DNA from: an uncultured delta proteobacterium
Lineage (GTDB): Bacteria > Myxococcota_A > Polyangia > Polyangiales > JAFGIB01
Assembly (NCBI GenBank): GCA_963778655.1
Contig: CAVZVA010000011.1
Span: 480,001-544,000 of the forward strand
DNA: 64,000 nt
Reading direction: 5' to 3'
Position 1 is the stretch's first letter, and every line of letters begins with the position of its first letter. The notes under the pieces were generated by a model. That model was not told the origin of the DNA. It saw only the letters and a list, made by a program, of their open reading frames with translations, and searched no databases. Below are positions 54,701 to 64,000 of this stretch, one piece after another. A program made the position numbers and the translations under genes.

Positions 54701-57043
54701 ATGAGCAGACCCGATCTCGGCTCGAACGCGCTGCTCGCGCCGTTCGCGCTGGCGAGCTTTCGCTGGCTGCTGCTGCTTTGCACGGCGCTCGGCTGCGCGC
54801 TCGTGCCGGTGCCCCTGCTCGGTGTGCACGGGGTGGAGAGCGCGGTCCTGCTCGGCGCCGTGCTGCCGCCGCTGTGCGCCGCGGCCGCCGCCCGCCTCAC
54901 GCTGGCGGCCCGCCGCGAGCTCGCGCTCGGCGCGTTCGCGCTGGCCGGCCGCGCGCTGGCCGCGGGTGGCTGGCTGCTGCTGGCGCCGGTGCTGGTGCTC
55001 GCGCTCAACGCGCTGCGCGTGCACAACTGTACGCCGCTGCAGGGCCTGGCCTTCATCGCGCTCGGCCCCGGCTTCGGCGTGATGCTGGCGTCGCTGCTGG
55101 GTGCCTGCGCCGGCGCGTTGCCGGCCCGCGCGGATGCGCGCGGCGCGGGCGGGCGCCTGGCCACCGCGGCGGCGGTGCTGGTGCCGCTGCTCGACATGGC
55201 ACGCGCTGCCTACGGCTTCTACGCCTCGCCCGCCGTCTTCGCTTACGGACACTTCTTCGGCTACTTCCCCGGCTCGCTCTACGACGAGCTGGTGGAGCTG
55301 CCCCAGCCGCTGCTCACGCTGCGCGTGATCACGGCCGCCGGCTGCACGCTGCTGCTGTGCGTGCTTGCCTGCTTTTACGACCCTGTGCTGCGCCGGCTGC
55401 GCGCGCGGCCGCAGCCCGCGCACAGCGGTTACCTTGCGCTGCTCGCGTGCTGCGCGGCCGTGCTGCTGCTCGGCTACGGCTACGGCGAGCAGCTCGGCCA
55501 CCGCACCAGCGTGGCGCACATCGCCGAGGAGCTGGGCGGCCGCGCGCTGTCGGCGCGCTGCGAGCTGCTGGTCCCGCGCGAGCTGCGCCGCGACAGGCGC
55601 GAGCGCCTGGCTGCCGACTGCGACTTCCGGGTGCGCCAGCTCGAGCGCTGGCTCGGCGTCCGCCAGCCCGGACGCGTGCGGGTCTTCGTGTTCCGCTCGG
55701 CGCAGGAAAAGCGCCACCTGATGGGCGCCGCCGACACCAACATCGCCAAGCCCTGGCGCAGCGAAATCTACCTGCAGGACGAGGGCTGGCCCCACCCCGT
55801 GCTCGCCCACGAGCTGGCGCACGTGGTCGCCGGCAACGTCGGGCGCGGGCCGCTGCGCGTCGCGGGCAAGCTCTTTGGGCTGTGGCCCGACTTCGCGCTG
55901 ATCGAGGGCACGGCGGTGGCCGCCGCCTGGTCGAGCAGCATGCCGGCAGGGCTCACCCCCCATCAGTGGACGCGCGCGATGTACGAGCTGGGGCTCGCCC
56001 CCAAGCTGCAAGCGCTATTCGGCACCGGTTTTCTCGGCCAGCAGACGCGCCTGGCGTACACCCTGAGCGGCTCGCTGCTGCGCTACATCGCCGACACCTA
56101 CGGCAAGGACGCGCTGCGCCGCATCTACCGCAGCGACGACCTTTCGGCCGTGCTGGGCATGCCGCTGTCCGAGCTCGAGCGCCGCTTCCGCGCGTACGTG
56201 ATGGCGGTGCCGTTGCCCGAGTCCGCGCGTGCGCTGGCCCGCGTGCGCTTTCAGGGCTCGAGCATCCTGTCGAGCGTGTGCCCGCACGCCAAGGCCCTGC
56301 TGCAGCAACAGCTGGACGGCTACCTCGGCGCCGATGACCGGGCCGAGGCCGAGCGCACCTGCGAGCGGCTGCTGGCGATCGACCCGGCCGAGACCGGCGT
56401 GCGCGCCACGCTGGTCGGAGTGCTGGCGCGACGCGGCCAGCACGCCGCGGCCGAGCGCGAGCTCGCCGTGCTGGAGGGCCCGCCCGGCGCCGCCGCGCCG
56501 ATCGTGGACGCCGCCCGCACGCTGCTGGCGGACGAGGCCTGGAGACAGGGCCGCGACGCCGAAGCGCTGCGCATCTACCAGCAGCTGCTGGCGCAACCCA
56601 ACGAGCGGGACACCCTGCGCATGCTGCAGGTCAAATCGCTCGCGCTGCAGGGCTCGGCGCGCGAGCGCAAGCTGGTGTTCGCGCTGCTGGTGGGCGAGCC
56701 CGGGCTCGCGACCGATGGCGCGACCTCGGTCTACCTGACGCGCGAGCTGCGCGCCGAGCGCAGCGACGGCCTGCCCCAGTACCTCGAAGCACGGCAGCTG
56801 TTCAACCGCCAGCGCTACGCCGAGGCCGCCGGGCTGCTCGCGCAGGCCCGCACGCTCGGGCTGCCGACACCCGAGATCGCAATCGAGGCCTTGCGTGTGC
56901 AGGCGATCTGCTGCTTCGGCGCGGGCCAGCTCGACGCCTCGCGCACGCTGTGGCGGCAGCTGCAGGCCATGAACCCGGGCGCCGGGTTGCAGGCCGAGGC
57001 CGCCGACTGGCTGGAGCGGATCAGCCTTTCTGGCTCTGCTTGA
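54701..57043 (+). CDS. membrane protein with HExxH metallopeptidase-like domain and TPR-like C-terminus
   Basis: ~7 N-terminal TMs, LAHELAH...IEGTAV, AYTLSGSLLRYI, helical repeats. Confidence 0.7.
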   Translation: MSRPDLGSNALLAPFALASFRWLLLLCTALGCALVPVPLLGVHGVESAVLLGAVLPPLCAAAAARLTLAARRELALGAFALAGRALAAGGWLLLAPVLVLALNALRVHNCTPLQGLAFIALGPGFGVMLASLLGACAGALPARADARGAGGRLATAAAVLVPLLDMARAAYGFYASPAVFAYGHFFGYFPGSLYDELVELPQPLLTLRVITAAGCTLLLCVLACFYDPVLRRLRARPQPAHSGYLALLACCAAVLLLGYGYGEQLGHRTSVAHIAEELGGRALSARCELLVPRELRRDRRERLAADCDFRVRQLERWLGVRQPGRVRVFVFRSAQEKRHLMGAADTNIAKPWRSEIYLQDEGWPHPVLAHELAHVVAGNVGRGPLRVAGKLFGLWPDFALIEGTAVAAAWSSSMPAGLTPHQWTRAMYELGLAPKLQALFGTGFLGQQTRLAYTLSGSLLRYIADTYGKDALRRIYRSDDLSAVLGMPLSELERRFRAYVMAVPLPESARALARVRFQGSSILSSVCPHAKALLQQQLDGYLGADDRAEAERTCERLLAIDPAETGVRATLVGVLARRGQHAAAERELAVLEGPPGAAAPIVDAARTLLADEAWRQGRDAEALRIYQQLLAQPNERDTLRMLQVKSLALQGSARERKLVFALLVGEPGLATDGATSVYLTRELRAERSDGLPQYLEARQLFNRQRYAEAAGLLAQARTLGLPTPEIAIEALRVQAICCFGAGQLDASRTLWRQLQAMNPGAGLQAEAADWLERISLSGSA

Positions 57044-57590
57044 GCACGATGAAACGCAGCTCGCCGAATTCCGCCTGCCCGAGCGTGTAGATCACCTCGC
57101 CCAGGGTACGAAACGGCGTGCGTTTGTCGGCGATGATCCGCACCTCGCCGTGAAATGGTCGCTGCGGATTGCGCGCCGCGATCAGCTTGAGCCGATCGCG
57201 GTGCTGCTTGAGGCCGTTGAACAGCGGCGTGATCAACCAGCCGGTGCCGCCGCCCTGCTTCAAGCTGGGGTCGACCCTGCCGTTGCGCAGCGCGAGCACG
57301 TGCTGTCCCTCGACCACCACCTCGCTGCTGGAGATCACCACGCTCAGCGCCTGGGCGGCCTCGACCTGGGAGGTCGAGGTCGGCAGCTGCAGTTCCTCGC
57401 TCTGGACGATCTCGGCCGCACCGGAGGCGAACTGCATGATCAGGAAGACCAGCAGGATCGTCATCATATCCATCATCGGATAGATGTTGAGCCCGACCTC
57501 CTCGGTCTCCCCCTCCTTGCGCAGCCTGCGGCGGATGATGCGCTTGCAGTCGACAAGCGTAGCCGGGCGATCCTCGTTCTCGTCAGCCAT
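57021..57590 (-). CDS. ExbD/TolR family (AglS-like)
   Basis: LNIYPMMDMMTILLVFL, IIADKRTPF. Confidence 0.9.
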   Translation of the reverse strand: MADENEDRPATLVDCKRIIRRRLRKEGETEEVGLNIYPMMDMMTILLVFLIMQFASGAAEIVQSEELQLPTSTSQVEAAQALSVVISSSEVVVEGQHVLALRNGRVDPSLKQGGGTGWLITPLFNGLKQHRDRLKLIAARNPQRPFHGEVRIIADKRTPFRTLGEVIYTLGQAEFGELRFIVLKQSQKG

Positions 57591-57599
57591 CTTCGCCGG

Positions 57600-58163
57600 T
57601 CACCTTATGCCCACGGACACCAGCACGTTGGGAAAGAGGTCCTGCTTGCCCTTGCTGCGCACGGCGTCCATCGCCGCCACCACATTCTCGTATTGGACCT
57701 GGGGATCCGCGCTCACCGTCACCGTGTCTTCGTCCTTGAACTGCTCCTTGATCTTGACGACGCAGGCGGTCAGCCCGTTCCAGTCGTAGTCCTTGCCTTT
57801 TCGCGGCACGGTCAACGAGCGCGAGCCCGCCGAGTCGATGTTGGTGCACCCGGGCGCGAGCTTGCCGCCCGAGCCGCTGACCAGCACGCCGCTGTCGGTC
57901 ACGGTGACGTTGAGATTGAGCGGGGTGGCGACATCCTCGCTGCTCTTGGTGCGGCCGCGCGCGATCTTCGGTAAGTCCGAGGGGATCTGCGAGATCAGCA
58001 GCACGAACTCACTGGTCGCCAGCAGGAACATGATCAGGTTCACGACGATGTCGAGAAACGGAACGATGTTCAGCTCCCCCACCGTCTCCGACGGATCGGC
58101 GTGGCCTACCGCAGTGTGCTTGCGGATGTAGGAACGCTGCCGGGGGCTGAGCTTGACGGCCAT
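57600..58163 (-). CDS. ExbD/TolR family (AglQ-like)
   Basis: ELNIVPFLDIVVNLIMFLL, SADPQVQYENVVAAMD. Confidence 0.9.
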   Translation of the reverse strand: MAVKLSPRQRSYIRKHTAVGHADPSETVGELNIVPFLDIVVNLIMFLLATSEFVLLISQIPSDLPKIARGRTKSSEDVATPLNLNVTVTDSGVLVSGSGGKLAPGCTNIDSAGSRSLTVPRKGKDYDWNGLTACVVKIKEQFKDEDTVTVSADPQVQYENVVAAMDAVRSKGKQDLFPNVLVSVGIR

Positions 58164-58188
58164 GGCGTGTGGACCCGCTCGCCGGGCT

Positions 58189-58812
58189 CTACTCGCGCTT
58201 GAGGGTGAGCAGGTTCTCCAGCCGCATCGTGGTGCGCTCGAGGTCCTGCTTGATGCGCTTGGCCCAGCCGTGAAGGATGAGGTGGAAGAACATGCACAGC
58301 ACGGCGATGCCGAGACCGAGCGCCGTGTTGTACATGGCCTCCGAGATACCGCGGGCGAGCAGTGCCGACTTCTGCGCCGGCTCCGCGAAGGCGACCGCCG
58401 CGAACGAGCGGATCAGACCGGAGATGGTACCGAGCAGCCCGACCAGGGTGGCGATGTTGGCGAGCGACCACAGCGCCCCGATCCGCTTCTCGAGCACCGG
58501 GATCACCTCCGACAGGCGCTCTTCCATATTGGCGATGATCGCGTCGTCGCCGCGGTTGACCTGGGTCAGCCCGGCCTTGACCACCTGCAGCAAGGGCAGC
58601 GGTGCGGCTTCGCACAGCTTGATCGCGCGATCGATGTTGCCGGCTTGGACCAGCTTGCGGATCTGCGCCATGAACTCTTCGCCATTGACCTGGTGCTTGG
58701 AGAGGATGTGGACGAAGCGATCGACGATGATCGCGATCACGAAGGCCAGGATAGCGACGTTCACGAAGGAGAACGGCGCGCCTTCATTCATGAAATCCCA
58801 GACTTTTTGCAT
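58189..58812 (-). CDS. MotA/TolQ/ExbB proton channel (AglR-like)
   Basis: ATLVGLLGTISGLI, GISEAMYNTALG. Confidence 0.92.
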   Translation of the reverse strand: MQKVWDFMNEGAPFSFVNVAILAFVIAIIVDRFVHILSKHQVNGEEFMAQIRKLVQAGNIDRAIKLCEAAPLPLLQVVKAGLTQVNRGDDAIIANMEERLSEVIPVLEKRIGALWSLANIATLVGLLGTISGLIRSFAAVAFAEPAQKSALLARGISEAMYNTALGLGIAVLCMFFHLILHGWAKRIKQDLERTTMRLENLLTLKRE

Positions 58813-59315
58813 CGGCCGAGGCTCCTTTCCCTGGCGGCGCGGGTCTCAGGACCGGCGTGCCTCACGGCTGCCGCGCAGGGACAGCATGGGTGGCCTGGCA
58901 GCCCCGCGTGCAGCTCGCTTGCCACACGCGGTCGCCGGTACCGCCCTGGGATGGATTGCGCGTATGCCCATCAGGCGACGGTGGTCGTAAACATCGAGGG
59001 CCCCACGGTAGCGCAGCGCGACTTTCGTTGTCAACGAAGGCATTCCGAGGGGTTGCGCAACATGGAGCGCGGCCGGATCGGCCGCTGCGACGCGTCGGCG
59101 CGGCCGCTGAGCTACGCGCGTCGTTGCGTAGACCGCGCAGAGAGCGACGCGACCCGAAGACCTCGAGCGGCGAAGATCGCGCGGGCATTCAGTCCGGGAC
59201 CCGCCCGCGATCGGTCGCGGCGCCGGAAGGGCGGCAACAGGCGCCCGCAACCGGCGCGCGAGCGCCCGGGAACCCGGGCTCGGTCCGGGTGTCTAATGGG
59301 CTTGCAGAGCGGTGT

Positions 59316-59365
59316 GGGAATTGTGCGCAAATCCCTGTTGACTTGTGGGATCGTGTAGATATGAT
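59316..59365 (+). promoter_or_regulatory. candidate sigma-70 promoter with upstream palindrome
   Basis: TTGACT(59338)-N16-TATGAT(59360), preceded by imperfect palindrome GGGAATTG-TGCG-CAAATCCC. Confidence 0.45.
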
Positions 59366-59553
59366 GGCGCAACGCACTTCGTCGACACCCTAGCCGAACG
59401 ATCTTAGTAGTTGAAATCGCAGGGTTATTGGCGCTATCAGAGTTACGCAAGAATTTGGGTCTGCCGGACGGGTGCAGGCCGATATTGAGGGACTGCTCGC
59501 AAGGCAAAAAGGACACAGGCCGCACCACGGACGGCCCTGAGGAGGACACCGGT

Positions 59554-60204
59554 ATGTCAACGCTCGCGCATCACTTCGAAGAGGGTGGCTGGGGCATGTA
59601 CCCCATCCTGTTCTGGCAGGTTCTCGCCATCGGCATCATCGTCGAGCGCGCGTTCTATCTGTACAAGGCGTCGATCAACCGCGAGGTCTTCCTGGCGACG
59701 ATGCAGAAGTGCATCCTGGCCGGCGACATCGGGCGCGCGATCAAGCTGTGCTCCGCGGCCAACGCTCCGCTAGCGCGCATCGTCAAATCGGGCCTGCTCA
59801 AGGTGAACCGTCCCGACATCGAGGTGCAGGCGGCCATGGACGAGGCTGCCCTGGTCGAGTTGCCGAAGATCGAGCACCGCACCCCGCTGCTCGCGCTGTT
59901 CGCGAACCTCGCCATGCTGTGCGGTCTTCTGGGCACGGTGTCGGGCCTGATCGCGTCGTTCGGCGCAGTCGCGAATGCGGATGCTGCATCGAAGGCGACC
60001 ATGCTCGCCAAGGGCATCTCGGAGGCGATGAACTGCACCGCGTTCGGCCTGATCGCCGCGATCATCGCGCTGGTCGGCTTCGCCGCACACAACAACAAGA
60101 CGCAGAAGCTGCTCGACGACATCAACGCCGCGACCGTCCAGGTCGTCAACCTGGTCGTCAACAACCGCTCGAAGATCCACCTGGACGACAGCCAGGCGGC
60201 CTGA
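59554..60204 (+). CDS. MotA/TolQ/ExbB proton channel
   Basis: GAGGAGG RBS, GGWGMYPI, GLLGTVSGLI, GISEAMNCTAFG. Confidence 0.92.
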   Translation: MSTLAHHFEEGGWGMYPILFWQVLAIGIIVERAFYLYKASINREVFLATMQKCILAGDIGRAIKLCSAANAPLARIVKSGLLKVNRPDIEVQAAMDEAALVELPKIEHRTPLLALFANLAMLCGLLGTVSGLIASFGAVANADAASKATMLAKGISEAMNCTAFGLIAAIIALVGFAAHNNKTQKLLDDINAATVQVVNLVVNNRSKIHLDDSQAA

Positions 60205-60208
60205 TCCC

Positions 60209-60685
60209 ATGGGTGGTATCAACGTCGGTGGTGGCGGTCACGGCGGCAAGAAGGCCGTCGACTCCGAAATCCCGCTCATCCCGTTCATCGATCTGCTGCT
60301 GTGCTGCGTGATGTTCCTGCTGGTCACCGCGGTGTGGAACCAGCTGGCACGCATCGACGCAAACCAGCAGCAACCCGGCCAGCAAGCGCCGAACGACCCG
60401 CCGCCCGAGGACAAGATCAAGGTCGTCCTGCAAGTGCACGCCAACGGCTACGTGCTGGCGTCCACCGCAGGCGATCGGGTCGAGATCCCCAAGATCGGCG
60501 ACAAGTTCGACGTCGAGACGCTGCGTGAGAAGCTCCAGGAGCGCAAGCGCCTGGAGCCGAACCGGCGGGACATGACGGTCGCCCCCGAAGACGGCGTGCA
60601 ATACGCGGACGTGGTGGAAGCCATGGACACGGTCGTCGGCGAGGGCTTCCCCGAGATGTCTCTATCGGACGGATCGACCCTCTGA
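60209..60685 (+). CDS. ExbD/TolR family
   Basis: LIPFIDLLLCCVMFLL, PEDGVQYADVVEAMD. Confidence 0.9.
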   Translation: MGGINVGGGGHGGKKAVDSEIPLIPFIDLLLCCVMFLLVTAVWNQLARIDANQQQPGQQAPNDPPPEDKIKVVLQVHANGYVLASTAGDRVEIPKIGDKFDVETLREKLQERKRLEPNRRDMTVAPEDGVQYADVVEAMDTVVGEGFPEMSLSDGSTL

Positions 60686-60702
60686 GACAGGACGCGTGAG
60701 AC

Positions 60703-61242
60703 ATGCCCATCGGTAAACCAGGCAGAGTTCTGCTCAAGAAGGTCCCGCTCAAGTTCGTCGCCAAGAAGGTGGGCGGACACGGCCGCAAGAGCACCAACAC
60801 AGACATCCCGCTGATCCCGTTCATCGACTTCCTGATCGTGTTGGTGGTCTTCCTGCTGATCTCCTTCAGCGCCAGCGGCGAGCTGCTCGCGCAGAAGCCG
60901 AATCTGCAGATGCCGAAGGCGCAGAACGTCACCAACCTCGAGCTCTCACCCGTCATCGCGATCGACACCGTGGTGGTCACGCTCGACGGGCGGCGTATGG
61001 CCGACACCGCCACGCTGGCGGCCGATCCCAAGGTCGAGCGCATCGAGCAGCTGATCCAGGATTTGGAGACCAGCAAGCGCAACTGGAGCATTCTGCACCC
61101 GCAGCAGCCCTTCCCCGGTCAGGTCATCCTGCAAGCCGACGTCTCGATCGACTTCCGCGTGATCAAGAAGATCATGTTCTCGGCAGCGCAGGCCGGCTAC
61201 CCGAACGTGAGCTTCGCGGTCAACCGCATCACCAAGAAGTAG
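60703..61242 (+). CDS. ExbD/TolR family
   Basis: LIPFIDFLIVLVVFLL, ILQADVSIDF, AAQAGY. Confidence 0.9.
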   Translation: MPIGKPGRVLLKKVPLKFVAKKVGGHGRKSTNTDIPLIPFIDFLIVLVVFLLISFSASGELLAQKPNLQMPKAQNVTNLELSPVIAIDTVVVTLDGRRMADTATLAADPKVERIEQLIQDLETSKRNWSILHPQQPFPGQVILQADVSIDFRVIKKIMFSAAQAGYPNVSFAVNRITKK

Positions 61243-61283
61243 GCGACAGCCGAATGCTTCGCTCCGCAAGAGGAGCGTGAGCC

Positions 61284-62339
61284 ATGGCAGGCCGACAAGA
61301 CCCGCACCCACGCCTGATCCCCGCGCGACCCGCGGCGGATCAGGAAGCTGCGGGCTACATGCCTCGCATCCCCTGGCGCCTGCTGTTGCTCGGCACGCTG
61401 AGTGTGGGCACGGTGGCCACGGGCTACTGGGTCAGCCAGCGCCACAAGGCCGAGGCCCTGCGCTCGCAGATCATACAGGTCCACGAGCAGGAGCTGGCGG
61501 AGCCCGCGCGGCGCTACCTCGAGCTGCGCGGCAAGCTCGAGGGCATGATCCTCGAAGCGGCCAGCAGGGCTCCCGACGACTTCGCCGACCGGCGGCTGCG
61601 GCTGTCGGGACTGCGCGCGGGCAAGGGCCTGTACCTGCGCCTTACGGCCAAAGACGCCGCCTCCCGCCAGGGCATCGAGAAGGGGGCCGACGCGATGGAG
61701 GGCGACGCCATCCCTTCCTGTCTGGGCCTGGCGCCGGCGTCGGCACGCGGGCTGTGGGAGAAGGGCGCGTTTCTGGCTCCTGACTTCGTCAAGCGGGTGC
61801 GCAAGAGCAGCGGGGTGATGCCGCTGCGCGTGCTCGACACCATGCTCGCCAACCACATCCGCACCGACCTGCCCGTGGTGCTCAACCTGATGCGCAGCGA
61901 CTGGTTCCTGCTCGTCATCCAGCAGGGGGAGAGCCGGCGCGAGCAGCCGGTCGATGTCTTCCTGTGGGACCTGCGCAGCAAACAACAGCTGCTGCGCGGC
62001 CGTGTGCAGGCCGCCGGCGTGTTGCTGTCGGTGCGCGTGAAGAGCAAGGACGCGCCGCCGGGGCCGCGCCGCGCCCCGGACCAGCTCGAGGCCGCGACCG
62101 CCAACGATTGTTCGATCGCGGCCAAGATCAAGGCGCTGGCCGGCGCGCCGCTGGCGAGCGTGGAAAACGAGCAGCCGCCCCTGCCCGCGGCGCCGGCCCC
62201 GGCCGCCACGCCGAACGCGCCCGCGCCGGCGACAGGGGCGGCGACGCCGAAGGCCGCGCAGCCCGCACCGGCAGCAGCGCCCGAGCCTGCGCCGGCAGCG
62301 TCCCAGCCCGCGCCGACGACGGCGCCGGCCAAGCCCTGA
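61284..62339 (+). CDS. hypothetical single-TM protein with Pro/Ala-rich tail
   Basis: AGGAG RBS, N-terminal TM, GC3-biased codons. Confidence 0.7.
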   Translation: MAGRQDPHPRLIPARPAADQEAAGYMPRIPWRLLLLGTLSVGTVATGYWVSQRHKAEALRSQIIQVHEQELAEPARRYLELRGKLEGMILEAASRAPDDFADRRLRLSGLRAGKGLYLRLTAKDAASRQGIEKGADAMEGDAIPSCLGLAPASARGLWEKGAFLAPDFVKRVRKSSGVMPLRVLDTMLANHIRTDLPVVLNLMRSDWFLLVIQQGESRREQPVDVFLWDLRSKQQLLRGRVQAAGVLLSVRVKSKDAPPGPRRAPDQLEAATANDCSIAAKIKALAGAPLASVENEQPPLPAAPAPAATPNAPAPATGAATPKAAQPAPAAAPEPAPAASQPAPTTAPAKP

Positions 62340-62449
62340 GCGCAGAGCCCGAACCGCCGCGCTTGCCTCTGCGCGCATCGCGTAGAAAGATGGCGCGCTC
62401 TCGTCGGGGCCGCGCGGGACTCCCACCCCGTGCGGCCTGGCTTTGCCCG

Positions 62450-63748
62450 ATGCTTGGATTGACGCGCTACCAGTGGCTCGTGCTCTTCGCCGCCTGGCTC
62501 GGCTGGGGCTTCGATGTGTTCGACGGGCTGTTGTTCAACAACGTCGCGCCGTTGTGCATCCCCGACCTGCTGCACATCAGCGCCAACACCGCGCACGGCA
62601 AGCAGGAGACCCTGTTCTGGACCGCGGCCCTGAGCAGCTTGCTGCTGCTGGGCTGGGCCACCGGCGGGATCCTGTTCGGCAAGGTGACCGATCGCATCGG
62701 CCGCACGCGCACGCTGCTGGTGACCATGGTGGTGTACGCGCTCTCCACCGCGGCGTGCGCGTTCGCGTCCAACCTCGGCACACTGGCGCTGTTTCGCTTC
62801 TTCGCCAGCCTGGGCATCGGAGGCGAGTGGGCGGCGGGCGCGGCGCTGGTGGCCGAGAGCCTGCCGCCGAGCAGGCGCATCGTCGGCGGCGCCCTGCTCT
62901 ACACCTCCGCTCCGATGGGCCTGTTTCTGGCCACCTTCGTCAATGATCTCTTCACCCGACAGATCCACAGCCTCGCCGCCGACCCACATCTGGCCTGGCG
63001 CGTGGTCTTCCTGACCGGGCTGGTGCCCGCGGCAGCGGCGCTGCTGATCCGGCTCAAGGTCAAGGAGCCCGAGCACTGGAAAGCGGCCGAGTCCATGCCG
63101 CGGATCGCAGAGCTGTTCACGCCGGAGCTGCGGCGCCGCACCTTGGGCGGGCTGGCGATGGCGATCATCGCGCTCATCACCTGGTGGAGCTGCAGCGTGT
63201 TCATCCCGGTGATCGCCGGCTTCCTGGCCGCCGACACCGCACCGCCGCCCGAACAGCTGGCGCAGCTCAAGGTGGAGTTTCAGACCATCGGCACCACCGC
63301 CTTCAACCTCGGCGGGCTGATCGGCACGTTGCTCACGGTGCCGATCGCGACTCACCTCGGGCGCCGCCCCATGTTCCTGCTCTACTTCTCGGCCAGCGCG
63401 GCCGCGATCCTGCTCGCGTTCGGAACCGACGTGGCGCCGATGACGCGGCTGTACCTGCTCGGCCTGGTCGGGATCACCGTGTTCGGTGTGTTCGGCTCGT
63501 TCACGTTCTACCTGCCCGAGCTGTTCCCGATGCGCCTGCGCGGCACCGGCTCCGGCTTCTGCTACAACGTCGGCCGCATCGCGACCGCGGCCTTCCCCTT
63601 CGCCATCGGCGTGATCCTGCGCGGCGGCGGCAGCCCGCTGGCGATCATCTCCTGGGTCGCGGTCGCGCCGCTGGTCGGCGTGGTGCTGATTGCGCTGGGC
63701 GTCGCGGCCGAGACCCGCGGGCTGGTGCACGCCGACGACGCAGCATGA
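62450..63748 (+). CDS. MFS transporter
   Basis: WLGWGFDVFDG, DRIGRTRTL, LGIGGEWAAG, PELFPMRLRGTG. Confidence 0.93.
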   Translation: MLGLTRYQWLVLFAAWLGWGFDVFDGLLFNNVAPLCIPDLLHISANTAHGKQETLFWTAALSSLLLLGWATGGILFGKVTDRIGRTRTLLVTMVVYALSTAACAFASNLGTLALFRFFASLGIGGEWAAGAALVAESLPPSRRIVGGALLYTSAPMGLFLATFVNDLFTRQIHSLAADPHLAWRVVFLTGLVPAAAALLIRLKVKEPEHWKAAESMPRIAELFTPELRRRTLGGLAMAIIALITWWSCSVFIPVIAGFLAADTAPPPEQLAQLKVEFQTIGTTAFNLGGLIGTLLTVPIATHLGRRPMFLLYFSASAAAILLAFGTDVAPMTRLYLLGLVGITVFGVFGSFTFYLPELFPMRLRGTGSGFCYNVGRIATAAFPFAIGVILRGGGSPLAIISWVAVAPLVGVVLIALGVAAETRGLVHADDAA

Positions 63749-64000
63749 GCTCTGGAACCGAGCAGCGTTGGGTTCGAGAAGCCACGCGAAGACGGGAAGC
63801 TCAGAGGTGTGCCTTCTTCCCACCTTCCGGTTGAATCCTCGGAAACCCACTAGAGCACCGAACATATTGAAACGTGTGCGAAGTCGGGGTCATGGCGGGA
63901 TGCAGGGTGCGGGCGGGAGCCCGAAGGCGTAGTCCATCCTACGTCGAGCGGGGAGCGCGCGTGCCATGCGCCCGCGAGGGCCCCGAAATCGTGCGTGTTT

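Overview
High-GC bacterial chromosomal segment. Its gene content (PEGA/TPR and Cys-rich lipoproteins, Ser/Thr kinase, TIGR04552-like protein, AglRQS-like triads) points to a myxobacterium (Myxococcota, probably Polyangia); this is an inference. Left to right: ACP and a TetR-SCP2 fusion; two Cys-rich lipoproteins; a cbb3 oxidase operon (dsbD2-ccoI-ccoS-ccoNO-ccoQ-ccoP-ccoG); a broken amidohydrolase; a CBS-hybrid kinase; an HTTM-like membrane gene bracketed by 45-bp inverted palindromic repeats; ettA; an LMF protein; a PEGA / EGF-repeat-DUF1566 / DUF1566 trio containing a 93-bp tandem array; and a light/carotenoid region (fasciclin, CarH, RpoH-like sigma, then crtY-E-I-B-DUF2141-crtT-U-V, with crtY frameshifted at a G6 run). 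These are followed by an M1 aminopeptidase, cytochrome c, a pseudo-receiver, an S55 peptidase + beta-propeller pair, an orphan ilvN, a Ser/Thr kinase, TIGR04552, a Lon whose catalytic Ser is Ala, two divergent ExbB-ExbD-ExbD triads and an MFS transporter. No rRNA, tRNA, CRISPR, transposase or reverse transcriptase was recognised. All family calls come from motif recognition by eye, not database searches.
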